This document shows positions 1 through 11,800 of a DNA stretch of 64,000 bases, in pieces. The notes under the pieces were generated by a model that was not told where the DNA came from, did not search any database, and saw only the letters and a list, made by a program, of their open reading frames with translations. Positions within the stretch are counted from its first letter, which is position 1. Every line of letters starts with the position of its first letter. The stretch is taken from positions 14,384,001 to 14,448,000 of the forward strand of contig CM075986.1 of the NCBI GenBank assembly GCA_038087875.1, read 5' to 3'. Position numbers and translations under genes: made by a program. This DNA is from Malacoraja senta. Taxonomy: Eukaryota.

Positions 1-55
1 GAAAGGGGATTTAAATGGTAAATATTTTTATTAACTCGTGTTTGTTCTCATTCAG

Positions 56-192
56 TCTAAACAAGAGAAGCTTGCCTGTCGAGACAAAAGTATGCAGGAC
101 CGATTGCGACTAGGACACTTCACTACAGTCCGGCATGGAGCCTCCTTCACTGAGCAATGGACAGATGGTTATGCTTTTCAGAATCTTATTAA
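56..192 (+). CDS. TLK2: TLK2 internal coding exon (coiled-coil region; [46 protein letters not shown]); upstream exons lie outside the window
   Basis: ttcag acceptor at 51-55, gtaagt donor at 193; 137 nt; translation nearly identical to human TLK2 as recalled. Confidence 0.96.
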
Positions 193-492
193 GTAAGTGT
201 TAGATGTTGTAAGTTCTGAGCAGTCAGTAGTGTGAATTAAATCAGTGCCATTCATTACTAGCACACAAGTGCTTTCATCTTTTCCAACGGATTAAACCAA
301 TACTACATTAAAAAGTGATAAACTGCTGGAGTCAGGCAACTCTGGGGTCAGGCAGCAGCTCTGGATTATGATTATTATTTTTTGTACACCAGCATCTGTA
401 GATCCTTGTGTCTCCATGATCTACAACATGTTAGCTTACTGCTCTGGCAGTGGATGTTTATTGTACCTGAAGCCATTTCATCATCGGAAGTA

Positions 493-972
493 CAGGTCCA
501 CCACTGATTTTGCGGCAACTGATGGTCTGGCGCTTCCTTTAATCTGGACAAAATTGCGATAGCACACTTGAAATTCCCCCAGAAATCCCCCCTGGAAATG
601 GGGCACCTAGGCTGAGTAAGGCAGCTGATCTCGGCCTCACCTCCGTGCTGATCAGCGGGTCTGATTTTCCTCCTGGGGCTCTGAACTCTGGCCTAACCAA
701 AGCCAGCAGATCCGTTCTCGTAGCCGACTTCCACGGCCAATCAGCGGGTCAAATTTGTCCCTCTGGCTGAGGCTCTGGAACTTCGGCCCAGCCGGAGCCG
801 GTACCCATAGCTGTCTTCCAAGACCAAATTTGTGGGCCAGTATCTCAGTCCCTTCGGACCGTTCCAGTACCGTTGGACTCCTCCCGGAGGCCATGACCTC
901 TGTTGGTCGGCAAAACGGATAATCAAGAAAAGCTCTGGAGCCAAGGGTGCCTGAAAATTGGTGGTGGACCTG
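493..972. mobile_element. Non-autonomous Tc1/mariner-superfamily (Tigger/pogo-like) DNA element, 480 bp
   Basis: TA|CAGGTCCACCACTGATTTT ... AAAATTGGTGGTGGACCTG|TA: ~25 bp imperfect TIRs and TA duplication; no transposase. Confidence 0.8.
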
Positions 973-1895
973 TACTTGTATTTTGTTGCCATGTATCTCT
1001 GGGACAATATTGATTCTTTTTAGTTACTTGCCCTGCTTGCGATACTTTATTAATCATTTTCAGAAATCTCCATTGGGTACTTTGAAGCTGGCAACTATGT
1101 GGCAAAGTTCTTGATGTAGGTGCTTCTGTAAACCAGCTCACCATTAGTTAGCCCTATTGTCTGGGAAAAAATGTCACGAGTAACATCATCTTCATTGTGC
1201 TTTCATTTTATTTAGCCTTTGTCAGCAACGTCTACACTGCACCAGAAGTTGAGACTCAATTTTAGATTTTCAGTATGTATGTAAATTACCACTCAGTAAA
1301 CAAGTGCTTAGTTAATGGAAGCAGAATAATGTAACTGATCAAAAGTAACCACAAGAATGAAGAGATGATGGAGAATTTTAGGGCGGGGTGGAAACATAAA
1401 ATAGGAATTGTAGGTAGAAACTTGATTCCTGCCTCACTTTATTTCACAATGTTACTGAAGATTATAGTGTTAAAGGAAGCATCAACTGCTGATTATATTT
1501 AATATGGATTTTCAAATGGAAACCATTGTGCATGGAAACTCCAAATTATCTGACGGATAACCGTGTAAATGCTCAGTGATCATGTGATGTATGTGTAGTC
1601 ATCGTGACGTGTGTGGTGAGTTGAGAGCGGGGTGGTGTGGTATAGTTGTATGGGTGTTCAGTCGTGAGTAATTGAGAGTGTACAGTGTCATTGTATGAAT
1701 GCTATATCCATGTATGAATTGCTTGTAGCCATGTGGCATATTACCGTGCGTTTGCATTTTAAAGTTGCTGTTGCATTTCATATGTCCAATCTTAAATATG
1801 CTCCAGTTTCAGCCTAACATTCAGTAAACCTTTCCCCTGAACTTCTGCCACAAGATCTAATGCACCCCTTTTAAAGCTTTGTAATTTTCGAACAG

Positions 1896-2048
1896 ACAAC
1901 AAGAGCGGATAAATACGCAGCGCGAGGAAATTGAGCGACAGAGGAAGCTGCTAGCAAAACGAAAACCTGCAGCCATGTGTCAGATGCCACCTACAAATAA
2001 TGAACAGAAACAGAGGAAAAACAAAGCAAATGGAGCAGAAAATGAAAC
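1896..2048 (+). CDS. TLK2: TLK2 coding exon ([51 protein letters not shown])
   Basis: aacag acceptor, gtgagt donor; 153 nt, phase 2-2 continuity with flanking exons. Confidence 0.96.
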
Positions 2049-3077
2049 GTGAGTTGGGTTACATGCAAATTTAAAATGACTTTCCGCTGTGCAGTCAGTT
2101 TTTAGTGACCTATTAATGCCACTATTCCATTTGCCTCTTTATATATTCATTCATTGGATGGTAATACCATTGACACCACCAACCTTTATTTTCCATCCCT
2201 AATTTACCCACTTTGAACTAAGTAAGTCATTTCAGAGGACGGCAGTGTTTTAGAGGTGCATTTAGATTAGAACAGATAAGGTAATTTTCCTCCCTTTCAA
2301 AATAAAAGAATGTTTGGGATGCAACTGGATTTTGTGTTGCAAAAATCTGTTAATTTATTGGTCACTGTTTTTGATGTTATCTTTTTATTCCAGATTTGTT
2401 TGAATTGAAATTTCCCAGCTGTTATACTGTAGAACAGGGCTTTGATTACTGTTTTTCCACCCATAATTTAAGGTGCTCTAACTACATTCAGAGAGTTCAC
2501 GCTATTCTGATACCTCAGAATAAACATGATAAATAACAGGATTCCTGTTATTCGACAATTGAATAGTTGTAATTAAGTTGCTTAACCTTCTAGCCTGACT
2601 GAAACCGGTTTACTTTCTTTGTTTGGAGGTAATGCCAGGAGGAAGTGTCTTTAACAACCTCTGCAATCTTCCATGGTGTTTCATGGGCCCTGAAAAATAT
2701 AGTTTGATTTAATATTTAATTGGCCTATTTGTGGTTCGTTCACCCATGAAACCCAGCTGATGGACAAGGGTTTGACAATAACATGGAGTCACCCTAAGCC
2801 CTTTCCATTTACATTTTGCAAGCCTTCAGTGTTCAGTGCATCATTTGGCATTAAGCCATCTCTTTCCATTTGCAATAACTGGTATTCTAGCAGCTCTCGC
2901 GGGCTTTAATAGAGCCCTTCAATTTGTTACTTTATTTTTAATGGATCCATGACCACATTGCAAGGTGCATCACTGAACCTGTGAAGATCATGAAATGGAT
3001 ACCTCAATGTTTCTTTAAACCTTGAACTAGAAGGTGAACAAAGTATTCCATTCAAAAGTCTCTAGATTGTGCCCTAA

Positions 3078-3239
<162 letters not shown>

Positions 3240-4469
3240 TAATCCAGGATACATAAGGGATTCTCAGCTTCAAAGTTGGATTCAGACAGTTATTTGTGGA
3301 GAGACAAACAAGGTTAATGTCTCAGGTCAATGACCTTTCATCGTTAACTGTTTCTGTCTCCGCGGATGCTGCCTGACTATTTCCAGAATTTCCTATTTTA
3401 TTTTGGATTTCCAGCAGCTGCAATATTTTGCTACTCAACCAGTTTGTGTTCTGTGTAGAGAATTACAATCCTTCATCTCTTTCTGCCCTAAAGATACAAA
3501 TGCTTGCTGGAGTGTGGATTTATTCCTGCTCACATTATCTCTGACACTTGAGCCTAAATAATGAGTGTAATCAGTAATATAGCTAATCTTGTTCCTGTAC
3601 TAACTTCTGCCCATATGCATATTTTCCAGAACACCAAAAAAATGTCTGCACTGCTGCTAGTGCTTGAGGCAAATGCTGCCATTAAAGTGAAGGGTCGGGC
3701 ATTAAAGGGGAGGGTCAGGGAATAAGCAATTTTCGCAGTTCTGTCTGGGTCAGTGCTTTGTTTTAACTTAAATTTAAAAAGGGTTATATAGCCAGCCTTT
3801 TGTGGTCTGAGGCAACTTGCACTTGCCTCAAGGTTTAATGTTTGTGTGTAAATGGGCTATTTGCTGAACAACTGCAGGCAGGATATTTTGAAGGATGCAC
3901 AGATTAGAAGAGTAGGCGATATTGCCCTTCACATAGGCTTCACTGTTCAGTAAGATCAACTAAACTTCTAAATCAACTCCACCTTCTGTTCTGTCCCCAA
4001 ACCCATTTTCTCTGGCTGCCCTTTTCATATAGAATCAGACGTAATTATTTGCAAGTGTCAGTCTGAACGAGGCATCTATAGTTGGCCATAAAAAAATGCC
4101 GTTACATCTGACTCCGTAGTTGCCATTGAGTCATTTGCAATCATCAATTTGTAAAATGTATATGGCTGTAACTTGCATTTAAATAAAACAAATTTATAAT
4201 CTCTTTCAAATTATTTGTAAATTTTAACATGCAATTTTTAACACAATTAATTTTGTCCTTGCTGATTGTTGTTTTTAATGCTGTCTTCTTTGCGTTAATG
4301 TTTAGAGGGGTATAGGCCAAAAGTGGGCTGGTGGGACGAGCGTAGAAGGGGAATTTTGGTCAGCATGGGCAAGTAGGGTGGAAGAGCCTTTTACCGTGCT
4401 GAATTTCTCTAAGTACAGTGTCCATTGTTCTAAAGACATTGCATTGTTTGCTAAAACTGCATTTACTGA

Positions 4470-4589
<120 letters not shown>

Positions 4590-5115
4590 TAAGTTATCAG
4601 TGTTTCTTTAACCTTTTACGTATGCCTTTGTTAAAGTATAATTTTCTTGTTGTTTACTTGATACAAATTCTGATAAAGGCACCGTAAAGGTTGACAAGAA
4701 TGTTGTGGCTTTGTATTGAACCACGTAACATTTGAATGAAATTTCTATCTAATAGAAATATTTGTATCCCGAAACATACATAAGCACCTTCCATCTTGAA
4801 TTCCTTTTTAAAAGTAAGGAATTGAAATGCCATCCTTGCCTCTCCAAACTGGTCAACATCCACTCCAAAAGGTTGTGGGAATTTGTGGTAATGTGGTATA
4901 TTTAAACTTGTAAGATGATAATGTGTCCTCTCCAGTATGATGTCATATTTATTAACCGAAGATGAAAGTTATTAACTTCAGATTGCTAAACCAGCAGCCA
5001 TTTGAACCTTGACGAATGCATATTTAGCATGCCACATGAATATGAAAATATTTGTTCATGCAATTTCAACCACAAATATCTGTTGTATACATATCTGAAA
5101 GTGTTCTTGTTGCAG

Positions 5116-5197
5116 ATTTAAAGATCACCCCATGTTAAACGACAGATATTTGCTATTATACCTTTTGGGAAGAGGAGGTTTTAGTGAAGTGTACAAG
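5116..5197 (+). CDS. TLK2: TLK2 coding exon, start of kinase domain with Gly-rich loop ([27 protein letters not shown])
   Basis: ttgcag acceptor, gtaagc donor; 82 nt; GRGGFSEV motif. Confidence 0.97.
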
Positions 5198-6045
5198 GTA
5201 AGCTCGACTGATAAATAAAGTAAGAGAAAATACAGAGTGATAAAGCAAGATTTCACTTGAATAAATGCATAAAGTATGAAATATTGGGGGGGAGTAAAAA
5301 AAAAATCCATTTCCAACAACTGTACAACACATATTTCAGTTCTTTATATGGAAACTACATATTGCCGCATCTGCTGTAGACTTACTCAACTGCACACCTG
5401 ACTGAGATCAGCCAAACACATTTCACGCAGGTCCTTTTGGCCAGCAGAGAGGACGTTTGCATCTATCCTTTTTATTTGATGTGATTTAACCATTTTTGCC
5501 ATAGTTATAACTTTAGCAGACAGGTTCCTCTTTTCATTGATAGCTGAGCATTGGTTTTATAATGATAATGGGAGCGTGATTTGTAGCAGGGTGGTGTACT
5601 AAACAGGTCATCGCTCTCCCGGTATACTGCCATTGCTTATTGTATCTCCCTCCATTGGTCAGGTGAGAGCAAAGCTTTTGCGCTATCATGGTTCAGGGAA
5701 TTTGAAAAATATTCTATTGTCACCAGTAGACTGACACTCCAAATATAAGGCTACATGTGGAATTTTTAGTTCTGGCAATTTAAACGAGGTTAATTATTAA
5801 CTATAATTTCAGTTATTTTACTCTATTTTAAGGGAAAGAATAGAAGCAAGTAGTTAGAAATGGAAATCGGCTTTCTAATGCTAAACCGCCTTTTCTCAAG
5901 GCTCTCATAACGAACTGCAGTGTCTATACATGAGAGGTTGTGCTGTGAACCTAGCTCACTTCAAAGAGCCTTTTTGGAAATTTGCAAAATGTGCTACAGA
6001 TCAGGTACTGCCAGATGCACCCAAACAATAGGAAGAGGGCATATA

Positions 6046-6257
6046 CAGTGGCTTGGAAAAGTATTCATACCCCTTGAACATTTCCACATTTTGTCACGTT
6101 ACAACCACAAACGTAAATGTATTTTATTGGGATTTTATGTGATAGACCAACACAAAGTGGCGCATAATTGTGAAGTGGAAGGAAAATGATACATGGTTTT
6201 CAAATGTTTTTACAAATAAAAAACTGAAAAGTGTCGCGTGCAAAAGTATTCAGCCCC
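6046..6257 (+). repeat. Left TIR of the Tc1 element, with outer and inner direct repeats (AAAAGTATTCA core)
   Basis: Reverse complement of 7451-7662 with about 7 mismatches by manual alignment. Confidence 0.95.
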
Positions 6258-6424
6258 TTTTACTCTGATACCTCTAAATAAAATCCAGTGCAACCAATTG
6301 CCTTCAGAAGTCACCTAATTAGTAAATAGAGTCCACTTGTGTGTAATCTAATCTCAGTATGAATACAGCTGTTCTATGAAGGCCTCAGAGGTTTGTTAGA
6401 GAACATTAGTGAACAAACAGCATC

Positions 6425-7444
6425 ATGAAGCCCAAGGAACACACCAGACAGGTCAGGGATAAAGTTGTGGAGAAGTTTAAAGCAGGGTTAGGTTATAAAA
6501 AAATATCCCAAGCTTTGAACATCTCACGGAGCACTGTTCAATCCATCATCCGAAAATGGAAAGGGTATGGCACAACTGCAAACCTACCAAGACATGGCCG
6601 TCCACCTAAACTGACAGGCCGGGCAAGGAGAGCACTGATCAGAGAAGCAGCCAAGAGGCCCATGGTAACTCTGGAGGAGCTGCAGAGATCCACAGCTCAG
6701 GTGGGGGAATCTGTCCACAGGACAACTATTAGTCGTGCACTCCACAAATCGGGCCTTTATGGAAGAGTGGCAAGAAGAAAGCCATTGTTGAAAAAAAGCC
6801 ATAAGAAGTCCCGTTTGCAGTTTGCCACAAGCCTTGTGGGGGACACAGCAAACATGTGGAGGAAGGTGCTCTGGTCAGATGAGACCAAAATTGAAGTTTT
6901 TGGCCTAAATGCAAAACGCTATGTGTGGCAGAAACCTAACACTGCACATCACCCTGAACACACCATCCCCACTGTGAAACATGGTGGTGGCAGCATCATG
7001 CTGTGGGGATGCTTTTCTTCAGCAGGGACAGGGAAGCTGGTCAGAGTTGATGGGAAGATGGATGGAGCCAAATACAGGGCAATCTTGGAAGAAAACCTGT
7101 TAGAGTCTGCAAAAGGCTTGAGACTGGGGCGGAGGTTCACCTTCCAGCAGGACAACGACCCTAAGCATACAGCCAGAGCTACAATGGAATGGTTTAGATC
7201 AAAGCATATTCATGTGTTAGAATGGCCCAGTCAAAGTCCAGACCTAAATCCAATTGAGAATCTCTGGCAAGACTTGAAAATTGCTGTTCACAGACGCTCT
7301 CCATCCAATCTGACTGAGCTTGAGCTATTTTGCAAAGAAGAATGGACAAAAATTTCAGTCTCTAGATGTGCAAAGCTGGTAGAGACATACCCCAAAAGAC
7401 TTGCAGCTGTAATTGCAGCGAAAGGTGGTTCTACAAAGTATTGA
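6425..7444 (+). CDS. Tc1-like DD34E transposase, 339 aa, uninterrupted
   Basis: Paired-like HTH N-terminus, GRPP linker, basic RKPLLKKSHKKSR segment, WSDE / QQDND / SPDLNPIE catalytic motifs; 34 residues between second D and E (counted). Confidence 0.97.
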   Translation: MKPKEHTRQVRDKVVEKFKAGLGYKKISQALNISRSTVQSIIRKWKGYGTTANLPRHGRPPKLTGRARRALIREAAKRPMVTLEELQRSTAQVGESVHRTTISRALHKSGLYGRVARRKPLLKKSHKKSRLQFATSLVGDTANMWRKVLWSDETKIEVFGLNAKRYVWQKPNTAHHPEHTIPTVKHGGGSIMLWGCFSSAGTGKLVRVDGKMDGAKYRAILEENLLESAKGLRLGRRFTFQQDNDPKHTARATMEWFRSKHIHVLEWPSQSPDLNPIENLWQDLKIAVHRRSPSNLTELELFCKEEWTKISVSRCAKLVETYPKRLAAVIAAKGGSTKY

Positions 7445-7450
7445 CTCAGG

Positions 7451-7662
7451 GGGGCTGAATACTTTTGCACGCGACACTTTTCAGTTTTTTATTTGTAAAA
7501 AAATTTGAAAACCATGTATCATTTTCCTTCCACTTCACAATTATGCACCACTTTGTGTTGGTTTATCACATAAAATCTCAATAAAATACATTTACGTTTG
7601 TGGTTGTAACGTGACAAAATGTGGAAAATTTCAAGGGGTATGAATACTTTTGCAAGCCACTG
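7451..7662 (-). repeat. Right TIR of the Tc1 element (contains sense AATAAA at 7580-7585)
   Basis: Inverted copy of 6046-6257. Confidence 0.95.
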
Positions 7663-8001
7663 TAATCCAGGCTTTTTCCAATGGGTTTAAGATTGTTCAG
7701 ACAAACACTCGTGAATGATCGGCAACTGGAACAAGTCACACAGCTGAAGAGAAGACAGTGGATTTAAAAGACTATAGAGTAGTGCAGAGAGGATCTTGTG
7801 GGAGGGGAAACATATTTCTATCACAAGTGGACAAAGAGTCTAACCCAAATAAGCAGTCATTTCACTCATTTCTATGTGGTGAGATTTTTAAAGTGTCTTA
7901 AATACTGCATTAAGATACTTGTTATTTGCTGTTGATGCCATTTCTTCAAGTTTTGCCAGTTAAAAATAAAAATAAACTCTGCTTTAAAACCTTTTCAATA
8001 G

Positions 8002-8094
<93 letters not shown>

Positions 8095-8529
8095 TAAGTA
8101 CTAGCCTGAGTTTACATTAGAATTCTGATGCTATCCAAACTTCACCAGTGAATCACCAGTGATTTTTCGACTAATATTTTTAGGAGGGTTACTGCCTGAG
8201 CTTTTTTGATCGTGTGCATCCCAAAGATGAACTAGTTGGTAGGTTAACCAGCCACAGTAAATTGCCCCTCAAGTATAGCTGAATGATAGAGGTGGAGGGG
8301 TTTGATGGGAATATGGAAAGAACAAAATAGGAGCATGGTGGATGGTGTGGACTTAGTGGGCTGAATGGCCTGCTTCTCTGCTCTCGATATTTCTAAAAGG
8401 AGATCTTGTTAAATCTACTCTGCTGGAAAGTTGATCCAAAAAAATCCTTTTCTAAACAGCATCCGAAAGCATCCACACGCAGCAATGTGATGCAAACATA
8501 TAATCTGTTTAAGATCATCACTTAACTCT

Positions 8530-8950
8530 CCTCCACACCTCCCCATGCTCCTATTTCCCACTCTTCTGTTACCATCTGCCACTAGCCCTCCTTATTTAAG
8601 TTCATTCATGATCATTTTGTCCTATCAGATTCCATAATCTGCTGCCTTTTTCTTCACATCACCTCAGCCTCTGCTCCTATCTCCCACCCTTCGCATCCCC
8701 TACCTGACCTTTACTTGCCAATCAACCCCTCCTTACCCCTCCATCAATTGCTTAGTAGATTTTTCCCATCCTTCTGCCTTATCACTATACTAACTACTTC
8801 CCCTCTACTCTATTAGTCCTGATGAAGCATCCCAACCCGAAATGTTGACTATTCGTTTTCCTTCTCAGATGCTGAACTACTGAGTTTTTACAGCAACTCT
8901 TTTTCTTTGCTCCAGACTCCAGCAACTCCAGCACTCTATTGTGTCTCCAT
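8530..8950 (+). mobile_element. Old Penelope-like element 3' terminus with hammerhead-type core at 8814-8851
   Basis: Pyrimidine-rich tract, then tagtc-CTGATGA-(13 nt)-GAAA-TGTT-gacta, then the family cassette gatgct...tgagtt...ccagca. Confidence 0.6.
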
Positions 8951-9794
8951 CTGTTTTAGACTATTGCCTGAGTAAATCAAAGAACATTGAGAACTGTCTT
9001 TACAACAGCTCTGTGGAATCTATTATATCCATGAGAAGGCGGGCAGGCTGTGGCTTTCATGTCTCATCAGAAAACCATCATTGCTGATTGTGTGGCAATA
9101 TCAGTATTCCAGTACTGCATTGGATTATCGCTGATTAAGTCTTCAAATTTCTAAGTACAATCTGAAACTACAATCTTTTCACTCTGGCATGAATGTTACG
9201 AGTGAGCAACTGAAAAAGGAGAATGAAAATTACAAGTCACGTCCCATTAAAAGTTACAGATTGTATGGTTTTGATTGTAGTTCTTAAACTTGCTATATAC
9301 TTATTGCCATTCAGATGTTGAAACAGTGACTTTTTGGCTCTCGGTACAAATAAAAGATATCACTGATTTTGCACATTTTTATGGTTCATTATACAAAAAC
9401 CTCTATCAAAACGTTATTCTATTCCTTTGTGCTACGTCGGGGTTCCCAAAGGTTTACATGAACCAGTTACTCATATCGATTCTTTGCAATTGCACAGTGA
9501 CATATTTGCTTTGCCTGCTTCTCACTTTCACAGTTAAGAGAGCAAAAGAGTTAAACCGTCAGATATTGAATACCGCTCACAATCTCAGGATATTCCGAAG
9601 GCAATTTTTTAAAGAATGCCTGGCTTTATAATGAGGGAATTTATCTGGTTTCGGATAGTTCTTGGCGTGCACACCATTAATTATTATTATTTTTTTAACT
9701 TTATATTATGTTATGCTCCTGGGAAGAAATTTGACCTTGGAACATTCTGAATGCAATGGCTTATTCGCAAACAGAACGGGAGGTGATTTTGGTA

Positions 9795-10090
9795 CAGGCA
9801 ACCCCCACATTAAGGCGGTTTGGGTAACAGAAAGTGAACCGTAGATAATTTACAAATCACAACCCAAAAATTTGAGACATGAAATAAAATTTGCTCTCAT
9901 AAAATTTGTGAAACAAAGTAAGTACAAAATTTAGATTGAGATACACGGAAAAACAATATCTTCAACACTCGTTTCTTCATGCATGTGTGGATGATGCAGC
10001 TTTGTATTATGGAAAATGGCGAAATGGGCCGTTTTCTGAGAATGCAACCACACCACCCCCATCGCCCTCCTGCAGCGTAGGGATTGTCTG
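9795..10090. mobile_element. Degenerate Tigger-like MITE
   Basis: TA|CAGGCAACCCCC ... GGGATTGTCTG|TA imperfect TIRs. Confidence 0.55.
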
Positions 10091-11710
10091 TAATCAATTG
10101 GTGATTTCTAGAAAATAGCAATATATCTTGAATTCAATCATAGTCTTGCCATATGTCTGCTATATTGTGATATATGTTGCAGTTTAATTTCTACAACATA
10201 ACTTTATTCCCCCAGGCTCAGCCAATTAAATTCAAAGCGGGTTTATGAGTTGGTATCTATTAAGGGATAGAATGATTCTTCAAGCATATCTTTTTAATTA
10301 TTACTTGAGCATTAAGTGTCTTCATTTTTATTTATTTAGGCTAGTGGTCTCTTTGATTCTGCATTATTTTGCTACTTAAGGAAAAAGTTTTGGTTGAGCA
10401 CCAAGAGGCACATAAAATACTTGAATTATTACCTGCCACCAGCTGTTAATCTGTTATGAGCAGCAAAATAAGTTAGATTTATGTTCTTTAGAGTTCCGAC
10501 GAATGAGGGATAATCTTGAAACATTAGGGGATCCTGAGGGGTCTTGACAAGGTAGATGTCAAGATGTTTCCACTAGCTGGATAATCTGAAACAAGGGAAC
10601 ATAGTTGCAAGAATATGGAGCAGTTATGCAAAACGGAGGAATCTTGAAATTTCATACGGATGGTGATAATCTTTTCAAAAGTACTATCATTAATGTATTT
10701 TTAGAAAAATGGTAATGAATTGTGAAACAAAAACAGAAAAGCTGGGGAACACAGCCATTTGAGGAAGGGTCCCTGACATGAAACATTGACTGGTTTCTCT
10801 TTCCACAGACTGGTCGACTGGCTGAGTTCTTCCAGGATTTCTGTTCTTGTTTCAGATTTGCAACAACTATAGTTTTGTTTGTTTCCCATTCAATGACTTC
10901 TGTTATATGGACATCTGGAGTCTTGGTAAAGCAAAATCACATCTGGCTGGTGATTAGATTGATGCTTTAATTGATCATTTACCTTGCTTTGCTATCCATT
11001 AATTCGAGCCAAAATGGGAGCAGTTCTAGGTCAAATGCTCTTTAGCAGTACACATTGATCATCATACTTGTATCAAACACACCAAGTATTTCTGCTGCCA
11101 TTACCTTTTAGCATAGTCAGATGTAGACCACCCAACTCATGGATAAGATTTTTATTTCTAAACCTTATTACCAATTCCTCTAGACATTGTTTTTTCTTCT
11201 AAAGCAAATGGGTCCTTCCCTTTCACTCTTAGAATTATCTTCATGTCTTTTAAAATTCTCCATAAATTGGCCAAATCCAACCACATTGTGGGCACTGCCT
11301 TCAAATTGCTGTCACCCAACTACACTTTCAATTCACCCAGGCTTATTCTCTAAATCTATTGATGTCAACCTTTATCGTGCTGGATTTGCTGTATGATGAT
11401 TAGATTTGCTGTATGAAGATATTTTATGAACACTAGGTCTTTAAACCTTTTAAATCATCATTAGCAATGTTAAACCTGCACAATTCACATTATTTTTCAA
11501 TTCACCTAAGATATTCTCCACGTTTATTTGTTACATTTTGGATATGTGCACACTATGGAAGAATGAAATTATAGAGATTATCTCCTGTTTCTTGATGCAT
11601 AAAACATCTTAATACTGTTCAGAGAAGGTTAATTGTCTCATTATTAGATTTGTTAAATTTTACTACAGCAGTCTGAGCTGGTTGTCTAATGTTGCTGATT
11701 TTGTTTTCAG

Positions 11711-11800
11711 ACATGCCTGCAGAGAATATAGGATTCACAAAGAATTGGATCACCCAAGAATAGTCCGACTCTACGATTATTTCTCATTAGATACAGACTC
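11711..11800 (+). CDS. TLK2: TLK2 coding exon ([30 protein letters not shown])
   Basis: tttcag acceptor, gtaagt donor; 90 nt. Confidence 0.97.

Larger units (their letters stand above)
6046..7662 (+). mobile_element. Full-length Tc1-family (DD34E, IR/DR type, Passport-like) DNA transposon, 1617 bp, in a TLK2 intron
   Basis: TA|CAGTG...CACTG|TA ends, 212-bp TIRs, single intact 339-aa transposase ORF. Confidence 0.97.

Noticed and set aside
6415-6465. Possible TLK2-transposase fusion via the AG at 6419-6420, just before the transposase ATG
   Set aside because: No polypyrimidine tract. Splicing from the phase-0 donor at 5197 reads out of frame with the transposase and reaches TAA within 14 codons.
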